A DNA stretch of 64,000 bases from Tubiluchus corallicola (lineage: Eukaryota; Animalia; Priapulida). The notes beneath the pieces are model-generated. The model was given only the letters and a program-made list of their open reading frames with translations, did no database searches and had not been told where the DNA came from. The DNA lies in contig JAQGDQ010000440.1 of NCBI GenBank assembly GCA_030141605.1, forward strand, positions 133,146-197,145, given 5' to 3'. Positions within the stretch are counted from its first letter, which is position 1. Each line of letters opens with the position of its first letter. Made by a program: the position numbers and the translations under genes. Below are positions 42,361-53,011 of the stretch, in pieces.

Positions 42361-42409
42361 CAAGATGCTACTTTATAGTGCTTCTATGCAGAAAGCATAT
42401 AGCATCTTG
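42361..42409. terminator. Hairpin between convergent genes
   Basis: CAAGATGCTA ... TAGCATCTTG perfect 10-bp inverted repeat with A/T-rich flanks. Confidence 0.55.
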
Positions 42410-42427
42410 CTTTGTTTGTAACGTACT

Positions 42428-43894
42428 TTAAGAAACATTAAGTTGCTTGGAAGAATCTGCCTTCTGTAGATTTCTGACCCCGGTAGTACCTCCCCCTTTA
42501 AGAGTCAGGTCTACAGGAGTATTGGATGCCCACAAACCGCAAGTAAAATCAGGTATATCTATTGAATTTGAACGGTTAGCAACAGACCACTCGCTCAATG
42601 GCGCAATAACACTCCACAACGCAGCATCATAAACATCTTGGTCGAGAGGCTGCCCGTTACGCAGGCAATCTATTAATCTCCAATCCATCATAAAATCCAT
42701 ACCTCCGTGTCCGCCAACCCTCTTCGCCATGTCACCCAGCCTTTTAACAATCTCCGGTGTATACTTATCATAAATCTCTTTCATATCCTCTTCCGCCAGC
42801 CATTTATGTCCTTTTGAAATCCTCTCCGGCAAAGGCCATTTGCGCGCCATACCGGATGTTCCACTCAACAGATGAATTCTGGAGTAAGGACGAGGGCTGG
42901 TGACATCATGCTGAATCATAATAGTCTTACCCTTGTTTGTCTTCATTACTGTGGTATTCATATTACCACGATATTTTTTCCCTACAAACTCTTCAAAAAA
43001 ACTATCTTCCTTAGAGCGATTCTTTGCAATCTGAGCCATCTGAAAATCATTTGATGACATAGATGTGAGATAATCTATCTTGTCGCCACGATTAATATTC
43101 ATAGCCTGGCATACCGGGCCTAAACCATGAGTAGGGTAAAGGTTTCCATCACGAAAATTCTCCTTAAGCCTCCACATATCTGCGTAACCACTTTTCTTAA
43201 AATTCAAAAACCGCAGATCATGTATATATGAACCTTCCGCATGCACCAACTCTCCAAAAAATCCCTGGCGTGCCATATTAAGGGTGAGTAGCTCAAAAAA
43301 GTCGTAGCAACAGTTCTCAAGCATCATACAGTGCTTTTTTGTTTTCTCAGAGGTCTCCACCAGCTGCCAGCACTCATCAACGGTAACCGCTGCTGGCACC
43401 TCAACTGCAACATGCTTCCCACACTCCATTGCATATACCGCCATAGGGGTATGTGTGCTCCATGGAGTTATAATATAAATAAGATCCAAATCAGGACTCT
43501 CACACATCTCTTTCCACGCATCCTCTGTTCCCCCATACTCTTTAGCTTTTGGCAAGTCGTACCCTTCCAATATTTTCTGAGCCTTATGAAGACGGTCGTG
43601 ATTTTTATCACACAATGCTTTAATCTCAACACCCTCAATATTAGACATCCTTCTAACAGCACCCGGCCCTCTGTGTCCCATTCCCACAAAACCAACTCTC
43701 ACTTTTTCAAGTTTGGGGGCCGCATATCCCGACATATTAAACCGCTGAGTATGTACCACAGCTGCCGACTTCCTTATATCGTCCATCTCAGATCGGCTCC
43801 CCGAACCTGTATTACAGCCAGCAAAGCCTCCGGACACTGCTCCTGCCCCGGCTACACCGGCAACCTTAAAAAAATTTCGCCTATTGGTCTTCAT
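42428..43894 (-). CDS. GH109 family (Gfo/Idh/MocA-fold) glycosidase, alpha-N-acetylgalactosaminidase-like, Tat-exported
   Basis: NRRNFFK Tat motif (start placed at ATG 43894); TPWSTH, EVPAA, MMLENCCY, YPTHGLGP, GGHGGMD. Confidence 0.88.
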   Translation of the reverse strand: MKTNRRNFFKVAGVAGAGAVSGGFAGCNTGSGSRSEMDDIRKSAAVVHTQRFNMSGYAAPKLEKVRVGFVGMGHRGPGAVRRMSNIEGVEIKALCDKNHDRLHKAQKILEGYDLPKAKEYGGTEDAWKEMCESPDLDLIYIITPWSTHTPMAVYAMECGKHVAVEVPAAVTVDECWQLVETSEKTKKHCMMLENCCYDFFELLTLNMARQGFFGELVHAEGSYIHDLRFLNFKKSGYADMWRLKENFRDGNLYPTHGLGPVCQAMNINRGDKIDYLTSMSSNDFQMAQIAKNRSKEDSFFEEFVGKKYRGNMNTTVMKTNKGKTIMIQHDVTSPRPYSRIHLLSGTSGMARKWPLPERISKGHKWLAEEDMKEIYDKYTPEIVKRLGDMAKRVGGHGGMDFMMDWRLIDCLRNGQPLDQDVYDAALWSVIAPLSEWSVANRSNSIDIPDFTCGLWASNTPVDLTLKGGGTTGVRNLQKADSSKQLNVS

Positions 43895-44119
43895 AATGTA
43901 ATTTATTGAATTAAATAATTGTTTTGTAATCAACACAACCCCTTTTATAACTGATTAATAATCTACAAATCCTTGATAAAAGGGATGAGCTATAAAGTTA
44001 ATCATAACTTAGAAGTGTACAAAGCAAAAAGCCTTATCTCTCCAAACTAAGCTATATTTTTTAAGCTGACTACAAAATTATCATAATAGTAATAAGCTAA
44101 GTTATATTATCAAATGGGC

Positions 44120-44259
44120 GAGGTCTTTGCAAAGCGAAAATTTTGGTTCGAATTGAGGAGAGCTTGATAAGAAACCACTGTTTACTGGCATAAATGAAAG
44201 TTTTGAAGAGAGTTTTGACGAAAATTATTAATAAAAAAATGAGCTTTGCAATAGCCTCT
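44120..44259 (+). repeat. Element A copy (best preserved)
   Basis: TIRs GAGGTCTTTGCAAAGC / GCTTTGCAATAGCCTC; core AAACCACTG-TTTAC-TGGC-ATAAA-TGAAAGTTTT. Confidence 0.92.
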
Positions 44260-44348
44260 GAGCATATCCTCTACTCTTACTCATGCATAAACACGCTATC
44301 AAAGTTAAACTTTATATAAGATGCTTTACTAAATCAAATATTAATTTA

Positions 44349-44356
44349 TACCTTTG
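44349..44356 (+). promoter_or_regulatory. -7 promoter element of rpsP
   Basis: TACCTTTG about 33 nt before the ATG, with TTTA about 25 nt further upstream. Confidence 0.65.
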
Positions 44357-44389
44357 TCGTGCATTTTAAACACTTAAATTTTATTTTTT

Positions 44390-45391
44390 ATGCCGGTAAA
44401 GATTCGTTTGGCTAGGCATGGGCGCAAAAAATACGCTTACTACCACATAGTGGTAGCAGATAGCCGGGCACCACGTGATGGGAGATATATTGAACGAATT
44501 GGATCTTACAATCCAAACACGAATCCCGCCTCTGTTGAACTTGATTTTAATAAAGCCTTAAATTGGCTCAACAACGGAGCACAACCAACTGACACTTGTC
44601 GATCAATACTTTCAAGCAAAGGTGTCATGATGAAAAAGCATCTCTTAGGGGGTGTCAAAAAAGGAGTTTTTGATGAGGCTGAAGCAGAAAGGCGATTTAC
44701 ATCATGGTTGCAAGATAAAGAAGCTAAAGCTCAGGCCAAGAAAGATCGCTTGATCGAATCTGCTGACAAAGAGACTAAAAAGCGACTAGAAGCAGAAGCA
44801 GCTATAAATGAAGCCCGTGCAGCAAAAATTGCAAAGAAAAATGCAGCTATTGATGAAGCTGCTACTGAAAATGAGCAAAGTAAGGAAGCTGCCCCGGGAG
44901 AAGAAGTGGTAAGTGCTGCAATTGAAAAAAATGAGGCAGCTACACAAAAAAGCGAGCCCACAGCAGAAAAACCTGCAGCAGAAAAACCTGCAGCAGAAAA
45001 ACCTGCAACAGAAAAACCTGCAACAGAAAAACCTGCAACAGCAGAGAAACCTGCAACAGAAAAACCTGCAACAGCAGAGAAACCTGCAGCAGAGAAACCT
45101 GCAGCAGCAGAAAAACCTGCAACAGAAAAATCTGTGACAAAAGAGCCCGCAGCAGAAGATAAGAAAAAAGAAGCAGCAAAAAAGAAGTCGGCAAAAAAGG
45201 AAGATGCTGTAAAAGCAGAAGCCGCAAAAAAGGAAAAGCCTGTGAAAAAAGCCGCTACTGAGAGCGAAGGGGAAAAACAAAAGAATGTTGTAGCAGATAA
45301 AACAGTGAAGGAAGACAAGAAAAAAGATACAGAAAAGAAAGATGAATCTGCAACAGAAACTACTACCGGAGGCAAAAAAACTGAATCATAA
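44390..45391 (+). CDS. rpsP: 30S ribosomal protein S16 with long low-complexity C-terminal extension
   Basis: [14 protein letters not shown] ... [21 protein letters not shown] ... GAQPTDT; upstream of rimM. Confidence 0.96.
   Translation: MPVKIRLARHGRKKYAYYHIVVADSRAPRDGRYIERIGSYNPNTNPASVELDFNKALNWLNNGAQPTDTCRSILSSKGVMMKKHLLGGVKKGVFDEAEAERRFTSWLQDKEAKAQAKKDRLIESADKETKKRLEAEAAINEARAAKIAKKNAAIDEAATENEQSKEAAPGEEVVSAAIEKNEAATQKSEPTAEKPAAEKPAAEKPATEKPATEKPATAEKPATEKPATAEKPAAEKPAAAEKPATEKSVTKEPAAEDKKKEAAKKKSAKKEDAVKAEAAKKEKPVKKAATESEGEKQKNVVADKTVKEDKKKDTEKKDESATETTTGGKKTES
44963..45130 (+). repeat. Coding minisatellite, 15/18-bp units encoding (A/T)(A)EKPA x10
   Basis: RCAGA(A/G)AAACCTGCA tandem units read directly from the sequence. 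Confidence 0.95.
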
Positions 45392-45444
45392 AACTTCCCC
45401 GGGGAAAGAAGTTTCCAAACTGTAAAAATATCATGCATACAGAG

Positions 45445-45471
45445 GAGCGGTGGTGATTCCATCGCTCTTTT
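45445..45471 (+). terminator. Intrinsic terminator after rpsP
   Basis: GAGCGGTGG-TGATT-CCATCGCTC followed by TTTT. Confidence 0.65.
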
Positions 45472-45480
45472 GCTTATAGA

Positions 45481-45594
45481 ACTCCACAAAGCGAAGTAGC
45501 TTTTGGGTTGGATTTGAAAAATCCAATAAAAACCACCCTTTACAAACACAAATAAGAGTTTGGACGAAAATATTAATAAAAAAATATGAGAACC
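45481..45594 (+). repeat. Element A copy (degenerate)
   Basis: ACAAAGCGAAG ... ATAAAAACCACCCTTTAC ... GAGTTTGGACGAAAATATTAATAAAAAAATATGAG. Confidence 0.7.
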
Positions 45595-45615
45595 TCACTT
45601 CTTTTGTAAATTACG

Positions 45616-46158
45616 ATGACCGAAAAGGGGGAAATAGATAAAACCAAGTGTACTCGGATTGGCACACTTCTTAAAACTCACGGCAGCGATGGCAGACTGT
45701 TAATGTCTTTTGAAGAAGGATACAGCTCTTTTCCGGAAAACACCAATTATCTCTTTATTGAAATTGATGGCGGACTTGTACCTTTTTTTATTGCAAAAAA
45801 TGGAATAAATACCTGCTCACACAAAAATGCCATTATAACCTTCGATACTATTGACACCCGTGAAAAAGCAAAAAAAATTACCGGTTCTCACATCTACCTG
45901 CTATCAAAAAACATCATTAAAGACACTCCCCAACCCTCTTCGCTAAACTTTAAAGGATACACTGTTGTCGATACAAACCATGGCAATATAGGGAGCATAC
46001 ATCATGTCAACAACTACTCAGGAAACAAAGTTGCCTATATTATAAATAATGAGTCGGAAATTATGATACCATTGTCCGATGACATTATTAAAAGAGTATG
46101 TCATGAAAAAAAAGAGCTTTACCTTGAATGCCCTAAAGGATTGCCCGGCTTACCATAA
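45616..46158 (+). CDS. rimM: Ribosome maturation factor RimM
   Basis: IGTLLKTHG, IEIDGGLVPFFI, EIMIP ... PKGL; follows rpsP. Confidence 0.9.
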   Translation: MTEKGEIDKTKCTRIGTLLKTHGSDGRLLMSFEEGYSSFPENTNYLFIEIDGGLVPFFIAKNGINTCSHKNAIITFDTIDTREKAKKITGSHIYLLSKNIIKDTPQPSSLNFKGYTVVDTNHGNIGSIHHVNNYSGNKVAYIINNESEIMIPLSDDIIKRVCHEKKELYLECPKGLPGLP

Positions 46159-46270
46159 ACCTGCCTGTCGTGCAGCTTTGTAAAACTTAAATCGTCTATA
46201 CATTACAACAGGCTACTTAATTTGAGCAGCAAAACACGACATCATTAACTTTAAAACAAAACAAAACAAA

Positions 46271-46990
46271 ATGAAAGCAAAATTTATCACCACCATCGCC
46301 ATTCTCGTTTTTACTGTTATACAAGCCCCCACTGCCCATGCCCAGGAGACTGAAAAACGCGACTTAATTAATTTCACAAAAATATCATTAGGATTAAAGG
46401 CTAATGTATATCTGACTCAGGGAGATGTGCAGTCTTTAGAAATAAAAGCCAATGAGTCAACCCTGAAAAGAATTACTACCGATATAAAAAAAGACAGGCT
46501 ATCAATCGGATACCATAAATCTACCTCATGGTTCAAAAAATGGAATCACGGAAATATAGATATATTTATTACAGTACCACAAGTTAGCGAATTAAGAATT
46601 TCCGGATCAGGCGCAATTATAAGTACAGGTAAAATAGAATCAAAAAACCTTAACTTATTAGTAAGTGGTAGCGGAAACATAGCGCTTAACTCACTACTAT
46701 CTGAAAATGTATCTACCTCTCTGTCCGGATCAGGCAACATACTGCTTGTCGGAGAAGAGACCGCCAAAACTATCAGCTCTAAAACCTCTGGATCCGGTAA
46801 AGTCAATATCGAGAAATTTCCGGCAGAAAGTGTCACAGTAAACATATCCGGCTCAGGGAACTTTAAAGTACACGCTACAAAAAAGCTCAATGTTCGTATT
46901 TCCGGCTCAGGAGGAGTAATTTACACTGGAGAACCACATATTGATATGAGCGTCTCTGGTAGTGGTAAAGTCAAGAAGAAGCAGACCTGA
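46271..46990 (+). CDS. Head GIN domain / DUF2807 exported protein
   Basis: Signal peptide and repeated xSGSG beta-helix motifs. Confidence 0.85.
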   Translation: MKAKFITTIAILVFTVIQAPTAHAQETEKRDLINFTKISLGLKANVYLTQGDVQSLEIKANESTLKRITTDIKKDRLSIGYHKSTSWFKKWNHGNIDIFITVPQVSELRISGSGAIISTGKIESKNLNLLVSGSGNIALNSLLSENVSTSLSGSGNILLVGEETAKTISSKTSGSGKVNIEKFPAESVTVNISGSGNFKVHATKKLNVRISGSGGVIYTGEPHIDMSVSGSGKVKKKQT

Positions 46991-47016
46991 TCTTTTAGTC
47001 CTTTTTTATCAAAATA

Positions 47017-47134
47017 AAGACTTTGTACAAGTAACAAACACACATACGAATCTGGCTGAAAATTTTCAGCCAGATTCGTATGTGTAAGAATATTAACAAA
47101 GCTATTAATAATAAAGATGGATTTTACAAAGACC
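47017..47134 (+). repeat. Element A copy whose core is replaced by a perfect palindrome
   Basis: Left end AAGACTTTGTACAAG; right part TATTAATAATAAAGATGGATTTTACAAAGACC. Confidence 0.6.
47040..47085. repeat. Perfect 46-bp palindrome without spacer
   Basis: ACACATACGAATCTGGCTGAAAA|TTTTCAGCCAGATTCGTATGTGT; the 23-bp arms are exact reverse complements. Confidence 0.97.
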
Positions 47135-47275
47135 CCGAACCGTATTTAAAGCACTTAGCGTTCTACTATGTTTTAAATTTACATGTTTAAAGTGCATGCA
47201 TAACCGACACCACTGATTAGCTGGGAATATTAAATAGTTATGCTATCACTATGCACAAAAGATAAAATGACAACT

Positions 47276-48407
47276 ATGAAATTAAAACTTATAGCTCTTA
47301 CTTTAATTAGTAATATCAACACAAGCAATATTTGCTCAAAATGAATTAAAAGTCATAAAAGCAAACTCCACACAAGTTGACATTAAAGATGATAATAACT
47401 TGATAAAAAATGCGTGGCTAATTGCTCCAGAAGCAAACCCAGACATTTACCTAACATCAGCAAAAAAGGTGACTTTCTATACAGACATTGACTCAATTTC
47501 TTTTGACATAAAACAGAACCAACATTATGATTTTGTAATATTACTTAACGGGAAAGACTCCGCAAGGACACGAATTGTATGGGAATCATCAAAATTGGAT
47601 ATTCTAAAACAAGGTCAAGAATATAATTACTCGGATAATCGCTATATCCCAAAATTTACTTATCAGTCGCAAGATAATCCTAATCTTATCGCAACGAGAG
47701 AAGATTTAAAATTAGACTCCATCGCTGGAAACGGAAGTGAGCTTTTACAGATTTTCAATCTAATGCACTGGGTTCATAACATTATAAAACATGATGGGGG
47801 TAGTGAAAATCCAAACAATAAAAATGCTATTGATATAGTAAAAATATGCAAGGCTGAAAACCAGGGAGTAAATTGTAGAATGATGGCAATAATACTTAAT
47901 GAGTGTTATTTATCAATGGGGATTAAATCCAGATATATAACTTGTATGCCGAGAGAAACTAACTTTAGCGACTGCCATGTCATAAATATGGTTTACAGTA
48001 CAGAATTGAACAAATGGATTTGGATTGACCCAACATTTGGTGCTTACATTATGGACGATAAAGGAAATCTACTTGGAATTCAAGAAGTCCGGGAAAGACT
48101 TATCAAGGGTCAGCCACTAATTCTTAATGCAGATGCTAATTGGAATAGAATAAACTTGCAGAGCAAAGAGCACTATTTAGAATATTATATGGCAAAAAAT
48201 CTTTACAGGTTGGAAACGCCATTGATAAGTGAATACAATACTGAAACATGGGAGAACGGGAAAGAGGTTATTTATGTTGAACTTTTGCCATTGGACGGTA
48301 TTGAGCAAGCGCCACAGAGAAAAGTGCAAAAAAGTACTAAAACAGGAGTGGAGTTTGTATATTATAAAACAAACAATCCGAGCTTATTTTGGGCAAAACC
48401 TGAATAA
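47276..48407 (+). pseudogene. Transglutaminase-like domain protein, frameshifted in its signal peptide
   Basis: VNCRMMA ... DCHVIN ... WIWIDP Cys-His-Asp triad. The ATG at 47276 (MKLKLIALTL) is one base out of frame with LVISTQAIFAQNELK..., which continues into ORF 47400-48407. Confidence 0.75.
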
Positions 48408-48498
48408 AAAGCAAGAACGGCACAGCAAAAGCTATATTTAATGCGATAAGCAAAACATATGAGGAAGATTTCACAAAATTGTGGCCCAGGTGAGAATC

Positions 48499-49329
48499 TT
48501 AATCAAAATGCCTCCTCACAGCATGTGTAAACCCATTATTGGAGTACGTACTACTTGCTTTATACTTACTTTTTAGCTCCACCGGGGCATTACCTACTAC
48601 ATAGGAGTATTGTGTATACTCCAGCATCTCCAAGTCATTAAAATCGTTGCCTATGCTAAGTGTACAGGCCCTATCAACTTTAGTAAGACCACATATCTCT
48701 CCTATACCTTTAGCTTTTGACACATCCTGAGGAAATATCTCCAGCCATATATAGCACGAATTGACAGGAGAGGTTGCTCGAATAACAGAAACATTGTGAA
48801 AGCACGCTGTTATTTTTTCCTTTAAAGCATTAAACTTTTCAGTATTATTGGGTATAACAACCATAAACTGAGAAGCCTGCACCTCACACCCGGGTATAAG
48901 TTTTTCAACCTTTGCGATGCCCTTATAGTGCTCAACGTACTTATCAAATTCGGCACACCTGTAACTACCCCACCAAGCAAAATTATGATCGCCTGGAATA
49001 TGTTTCGCCACTTTAAAATTTTGCTTTTCCGCAACTAAGAAACTAGTCAATTCTCTGGCAGTCTCAGAAGGAATAGAAACATTTCTTATTATTTTTCCCG
49101 TCTTCCAATCCACTATCCCGGCACCGGACAAAAAGATTACATACTCAAATAGGACATCTTTATTAAGAACCTGTTTTACTTTAAAGAGGCTTCTACCTGT
49201 AGCTGCAACCCGGTAAACTCCAGCCTCTCCTAGCCTGAGCAACGTCTCGGTATCTGCCATACTTATAGTGTGGTTTTTCTGGAGCAGTGTCCCATCCAGA
49301 TCCGTTACAACCATCCTTACATCACTCAT
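48499..49329 (-). CDS. Cof-type HAD family hydrolase
   Basis: DLDGTLL, ATGRS, VSKAKG, GNDFNDLEML. Confidence 0.9.
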   Translation of the reverse strand: MSDVRMVVTDLDGTLLQKNHTISMADTETLLRLGEAGVYRVAATGRSLFKVKQVLNKDVLFEYVIFLSGAGIVDWKTGKIIRNVSIPSETARELTSFLVAEKQNFKVAKHIPGDHNFAWWGSYRCAEFDKYVEHYKGIAKVEKLIPGCEVQASQFMVVIPNNTEKFNALKEKITACFHNVSVIRATSPVNSCYIWLEIFPQDVSKAKGIGEICGLTKVDRACTLSIGNDFNDLEMLEYTQYSYVVGNAPVELKSKYKASSTYSNNGFTHAVRRHFD

Positions 49330-49589
49330 CCTATATCTATTTTGTCCGAATATATATATCCTTATTAAAAGTAAGCCTTTCTTAACCCTAAAATAATATT
49401 ATGAGGGCTAAATATATAGTAAAGATATTAATTTAGCATGGGCAAAAAGGAGTAAACTGCATACACTAAAGAAACGATGTCAATATCTTGCCAAAAGAAA
49501 AAAATATGTTCTTCAAAGTATATAGTTAAATTTGCGACTTAAACATATTACAACGCTTTTAAATAATTCTTTTAATAAAAGTTAATATA

Positions 49590-50135
49590 TTGCATGCAAT
49601 GACTTTTGAACCAGAAGATTATTTAACAATACAGGTTGGTAAAGGTGTAGTGGGGGCGTTTGAAATACTTTATAAAAAGTATTACAGGTTGGCTTATAAC
49701 TATACCCGGCAACTTATTGACGATCCGTCAATATGCCAGGATATAGTTCAGGATATATTTGCTTATGTATGGGAGTCAAAGAGTACGCTTCAAATTAATA
49801 AATCATTTAAATCTTACTTATTATCCGCTTGCCACAACACCTGTTTAAACTATATTAAAAAGCAGGGCATCAGGCAAAGACACATTATCCAGGTTCTCGG
49901 AGAAACAAATAACTACCACGATGGGTACGACCCTATTTTTGAAGATGAGCTAAGGACTGCCATAGATAAAACATTGGATGAACTACCTGCCCAGTGTCGT
50001 GAAATTTTTATGCTTAGTAGAGTAAAGGGGCTTAAACATAAAGAAATCGGAAAAATACTCAACATATCACCAAAAACTGTTGAAACACAGATATACAGAG
50101 CCTTAAAGGCTCTAAAAAAGCAACTCCCTTTATAA
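49590..50135 (+). CDS. ECF sigma-70 factor (PUL/SusC-associated type)
   Basis: DIVQDIF ... W, LPAQCREIFMLSR, ISPKTVETQIYRALK. Confidence 0.92.
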   Translation: MHAMTFEPEDYLTIQVGKGVVGAFEILYKKYYRLAYNYTRQLIDDPSICQDIVQDIFAYVWESKSTLQINKSFKSYLLSACHNTCLNYIKKQGIRQRHIIQVLGETNNYHDGYDPIFEDELRTAIDKTLDELPAQCREIFMLSRVKGLKHKEIGKILNISPKTVETQIYRALKALKKQLPL

Positions 50136-50218
50136 TAATTTAATATTTTTTTACATTTTTTTATTTTTTTGTAAGTGATTACAGCGAGAAAGTTGTCTAC
50201 AAATTATAAAAAGCTATT

Positions 50219-51301
50219 GTGGAATCACGAGCATATATAAATCGACTCACTATACGCCTCCTTGATGGAGATAATCTCAGTAATGTTGAGCAGGCGGATT
50301 TGATGAACTGGCTGAAAGAACACCATAAAGACCAAAAACTATTAGCCGATTTATCAAACATATGGACAAACCTGGACTCAGACAGAGAGCTATCGGGTAA
50401 AATCATTGACTCTCAGTGGCAAAAGCTGCACAACTCTGTTATATCTAAACCTGCAGACAAGCTCCAGGTTACGAAAAAACCACTCTGGAGGATAGTTGGA
50501 AGGTATGCTGCTATATTCATTTTAGGCCTATTGGCAGCTTTCGGAGCCAACATGGGATATCAGAACTACATCGCTGACCCCTTCTCTTCACAAGTAGTGA
50601 TACAAGTGCCTTACGGGTCCAAGTCTCATGTTTCCCTGACAGACGGAAGTAAAGTAATACTAAACTCAGGCAGCGAGCTTAAATACTCTCCTCAGTTTGG
50701 GAAAAAGAACAGAGAAGTAAGTATTGAAGGCGAAGCCTGCTTTAAAGTCTCTACAGATTATGACAAACCATTTGTTGTAAAAACATCCGGCCTCATTATC
50801 AGGGCCTATGGTACCGAATTTAATGTAAGGTCATATGGTGAAGACAATGAGATTGAGGCCACACTGTTAGAGGGATGCATTGGTGTACAGATGAGTTGCC
50901 CAAAAATACAGAAAAGACAAAATGAGTTTTTCTTGCAACCAAACGAGCAGGTGATTTTTAATAAAACTGCAGCCAAATCAGGGAATACCTGCATCACTAT
51001 TAAAAGAAATATCGATTCTGATCTGCGCGCAGCCTGGATAAACAACAGTATTCATGTAAAAAACGAACCACTTTCCAGCTTAGCTATCAAGCTGGAAAGG
51101 ACATACAATGTTAACATTCATATTGAAGATGACGAGCTTCGAACCATAAAGTTTTCAGGCATCTTCGAAAATGAAACTATCGAACAAATTATGCTGGCCA
51201 TAAAACTTTCCTCTTCAATTAATTTTAAAATTAAAAATCGTGAAATATGGCTATTCAAGGAATGCAATGTCCCCGCCGTGTCAAATGAATATAACATTTA
51301 A
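50219..51301 (+). CDS. FecR family anti-sigma factor
   Basis: TM segment, LTDGSKVILNSGSEL, EGEACFKV, GTEFNV. Confidence 0.92.
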   Translation: MESRAYINRLTIRLLDGDNLSNVEQADLMNWLKEHHKDQKLLADLSNIWTNLDSDRELSGKIIDSQWQKLHNSVISKPADKLQVTKKPLWRIVGRYAAIFILGLLAAFGANMGYQNYIADPFSSQVVIQVPYGSKSHVSLTDGSKVILNSGSELKYSPQFGKKNREVSIEGEACFKVSTDYDKPFVVKTSGLIIRAYGTEFNVRSYGEDNEIEATLLEGCIGVQMSCPKIQKRQNEFFLQPNEQVIFNKTAAKSGNTCITIKRNIDSDLRAAWINNSIHVKNEPLSSLAIKLERTYNVNIHIEDDELRTIKFSGIFENETIEQIMLAIKLSSSINFKIKNREIWLFKECNVPAVSNEYNI

Positions 51302-51311
51302 CCAACCTTCT

Positions 51312-52564
51312 ATGATAAAAATAAATCCTGCTGGTTTAGCTTCATGTAAAAAAATAACCAAGCGGGTAAGACCGTATAGCTATACCTTACTAATTCTCCT
51401 GAGCTACTTCCAATTAATTGGACAAGAGAAAACAGCACAAGAAAAAGAGAGCCTTATAACCATTAATGACCTATTTAACGACATTCACGAAAAAATGGGA
51501 TACCGCTTTTTTTATAGTGAGGAAATAGTAGATTTGGAAAATCTGATTGCCCTGGACATAGAAGGCAAAGAAGTGCAGACTATTATTCAGGAACTAAAGC
51601 AAAAAACAAACCTTGATTTCAAAATCCTGGAAAACAAGTTAATTATTGTAGTGTCATCAGAGAAAGAACAGCAAAAAAATGTAGTAACGGGAAAAGTTTA
51701 TTCCTCCACCGATAAGTTGGGAATAGCTGGCGTAAACGTGTTTGTCAAAGGAACAACAACCGGTACAATTACAGATGCTAACGGAGAGTATGCTCTGGAA
51801 GTGGATGACAGATATATCATAATGGTATTTTCATTCATAGGATTTGAAACCCGTGAAATAGCACTAAACGGACAATCTCAACTGGATATTGAGTTGAATG
51901 AAAACATGGAAGGCCTGGCAGAAGTGATGGTTACCGCGCTGAATATATCCAGGGATAAGAACTCTCTTGGCTATTCGGTAACCCAGCTTGACGGTGACGA
52001 CATAAACAGGACAAAAGAGAACAATGTGATTAGCAGCATGACTGGTAAGGTAGCTGGATTGCAGATTACAAAAGCCCCTACAGGCGTAGATGGCTCCACG
52101 CGTGTGGTATTACGTGGAATAAACTCGCTCACAGGCAATAACCGCCCACTGGTAGTTGTAGATGGTATCCCCATAAATGCTGGATATGGCGGAGCAGGCC
52201 AATGGGGTGGGAAAGATATGGGGGATGCACTATCTGACCTAAATGCTGAAGATATTGAAAGCTACAGCATATTAAAAGGAGCAGGTGCTGCAGCCGCATA
52301 TGGGTCCAGAGGTGCAAATGGTGTGATCTTAATCACAACCAAAAAAGGTGCTAAAAGCGATAGGATAGGAATATCAGTAAGCTCCTCCTATCAAGTAGAA
52401 ACGCCAATGGTATACCCTGATTTTCAAAATGAATACGGGCATGGCGCATTTGGGCAATACCCTACCAAAATGAACCCTAACGATATATCAGATACACCCA
52501 TCCCGTGGAGCTGGAGCTGGGGACCACGTATGGACGGGAAAGACAGGCTTGACTTTGTAGGCAA
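51312..52564 (+). pseudogene. susC: SusC/RagA TonB-dependent transporter, truncated by IS3
   Basis: N-terminal extension, CarboxypepD-like domain and plug (ILKGAGAAAAYGSRGANGVILITTKKG). Similarity stops at the IS3 left end and most of the barrel is missing. Confidence 0.9.
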
Positions 52565-52649
52565 TGTAAATCTTCAGCTTAATTCGGACAAATTGGTTTA
52601 AAAATTAAGAGAGACATTTCTTAAATTATAACCAATAAAAACGAGTAAG

Positions 52650-53000
52650 ATGAAGGCAAAAAAACAGACTACCGAACAAAAGGTAAAAGAGATTAAGAGA
52701 CACCCGAGGAAGAAGTAATCAGCTGAAGAAAAAATCAGGATTGTACTAGAGGGCATGCGTGGCGAATATAGCATTGCCGAGTTATGCCGAAAAGAAGGCA
52801 TCAACGCGAACCTTTATTATAAGTGGAGTAAAGATTTTATGGAAGCTGGCAAAAAACGCCTTGCAGGTGACATTAAACGGGAAGCTACATCGGGCGAAGT
52901 AAACGGTTTAAAGAACGAGAACCACGACCTAAAGCAGCTTGTAGCAGAGCTGAGTTTGGAAGTACGCATGCTTAAAAAAAGCTTAACTGGAACCGAGTAA
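52650..53000 (+). pseudogene. IS3 OrfA with premature stop
   Basis: MKAKKQTTEQKVKEIKRHPRKK*SAEEKIRIVLEGMRGEYSIAELCRKEGI; TAA at 52716-52718. Confidence 0.85.
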
Positions 53001-53011
53001 CTTATAAATAT

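Noticed and set aside
44731-45549. Cys/Phe-rich and Gln/Leu-rich ORFs overlapping rpsP
   Set aside because: Alternative-frame and antisense readings of the EKPA minisatellite.
52565-52601. C-terminal residues of the 453-aa SusC ORF
   Set aside because: They are read-through into the IS3 left IR and not part of the native protein.
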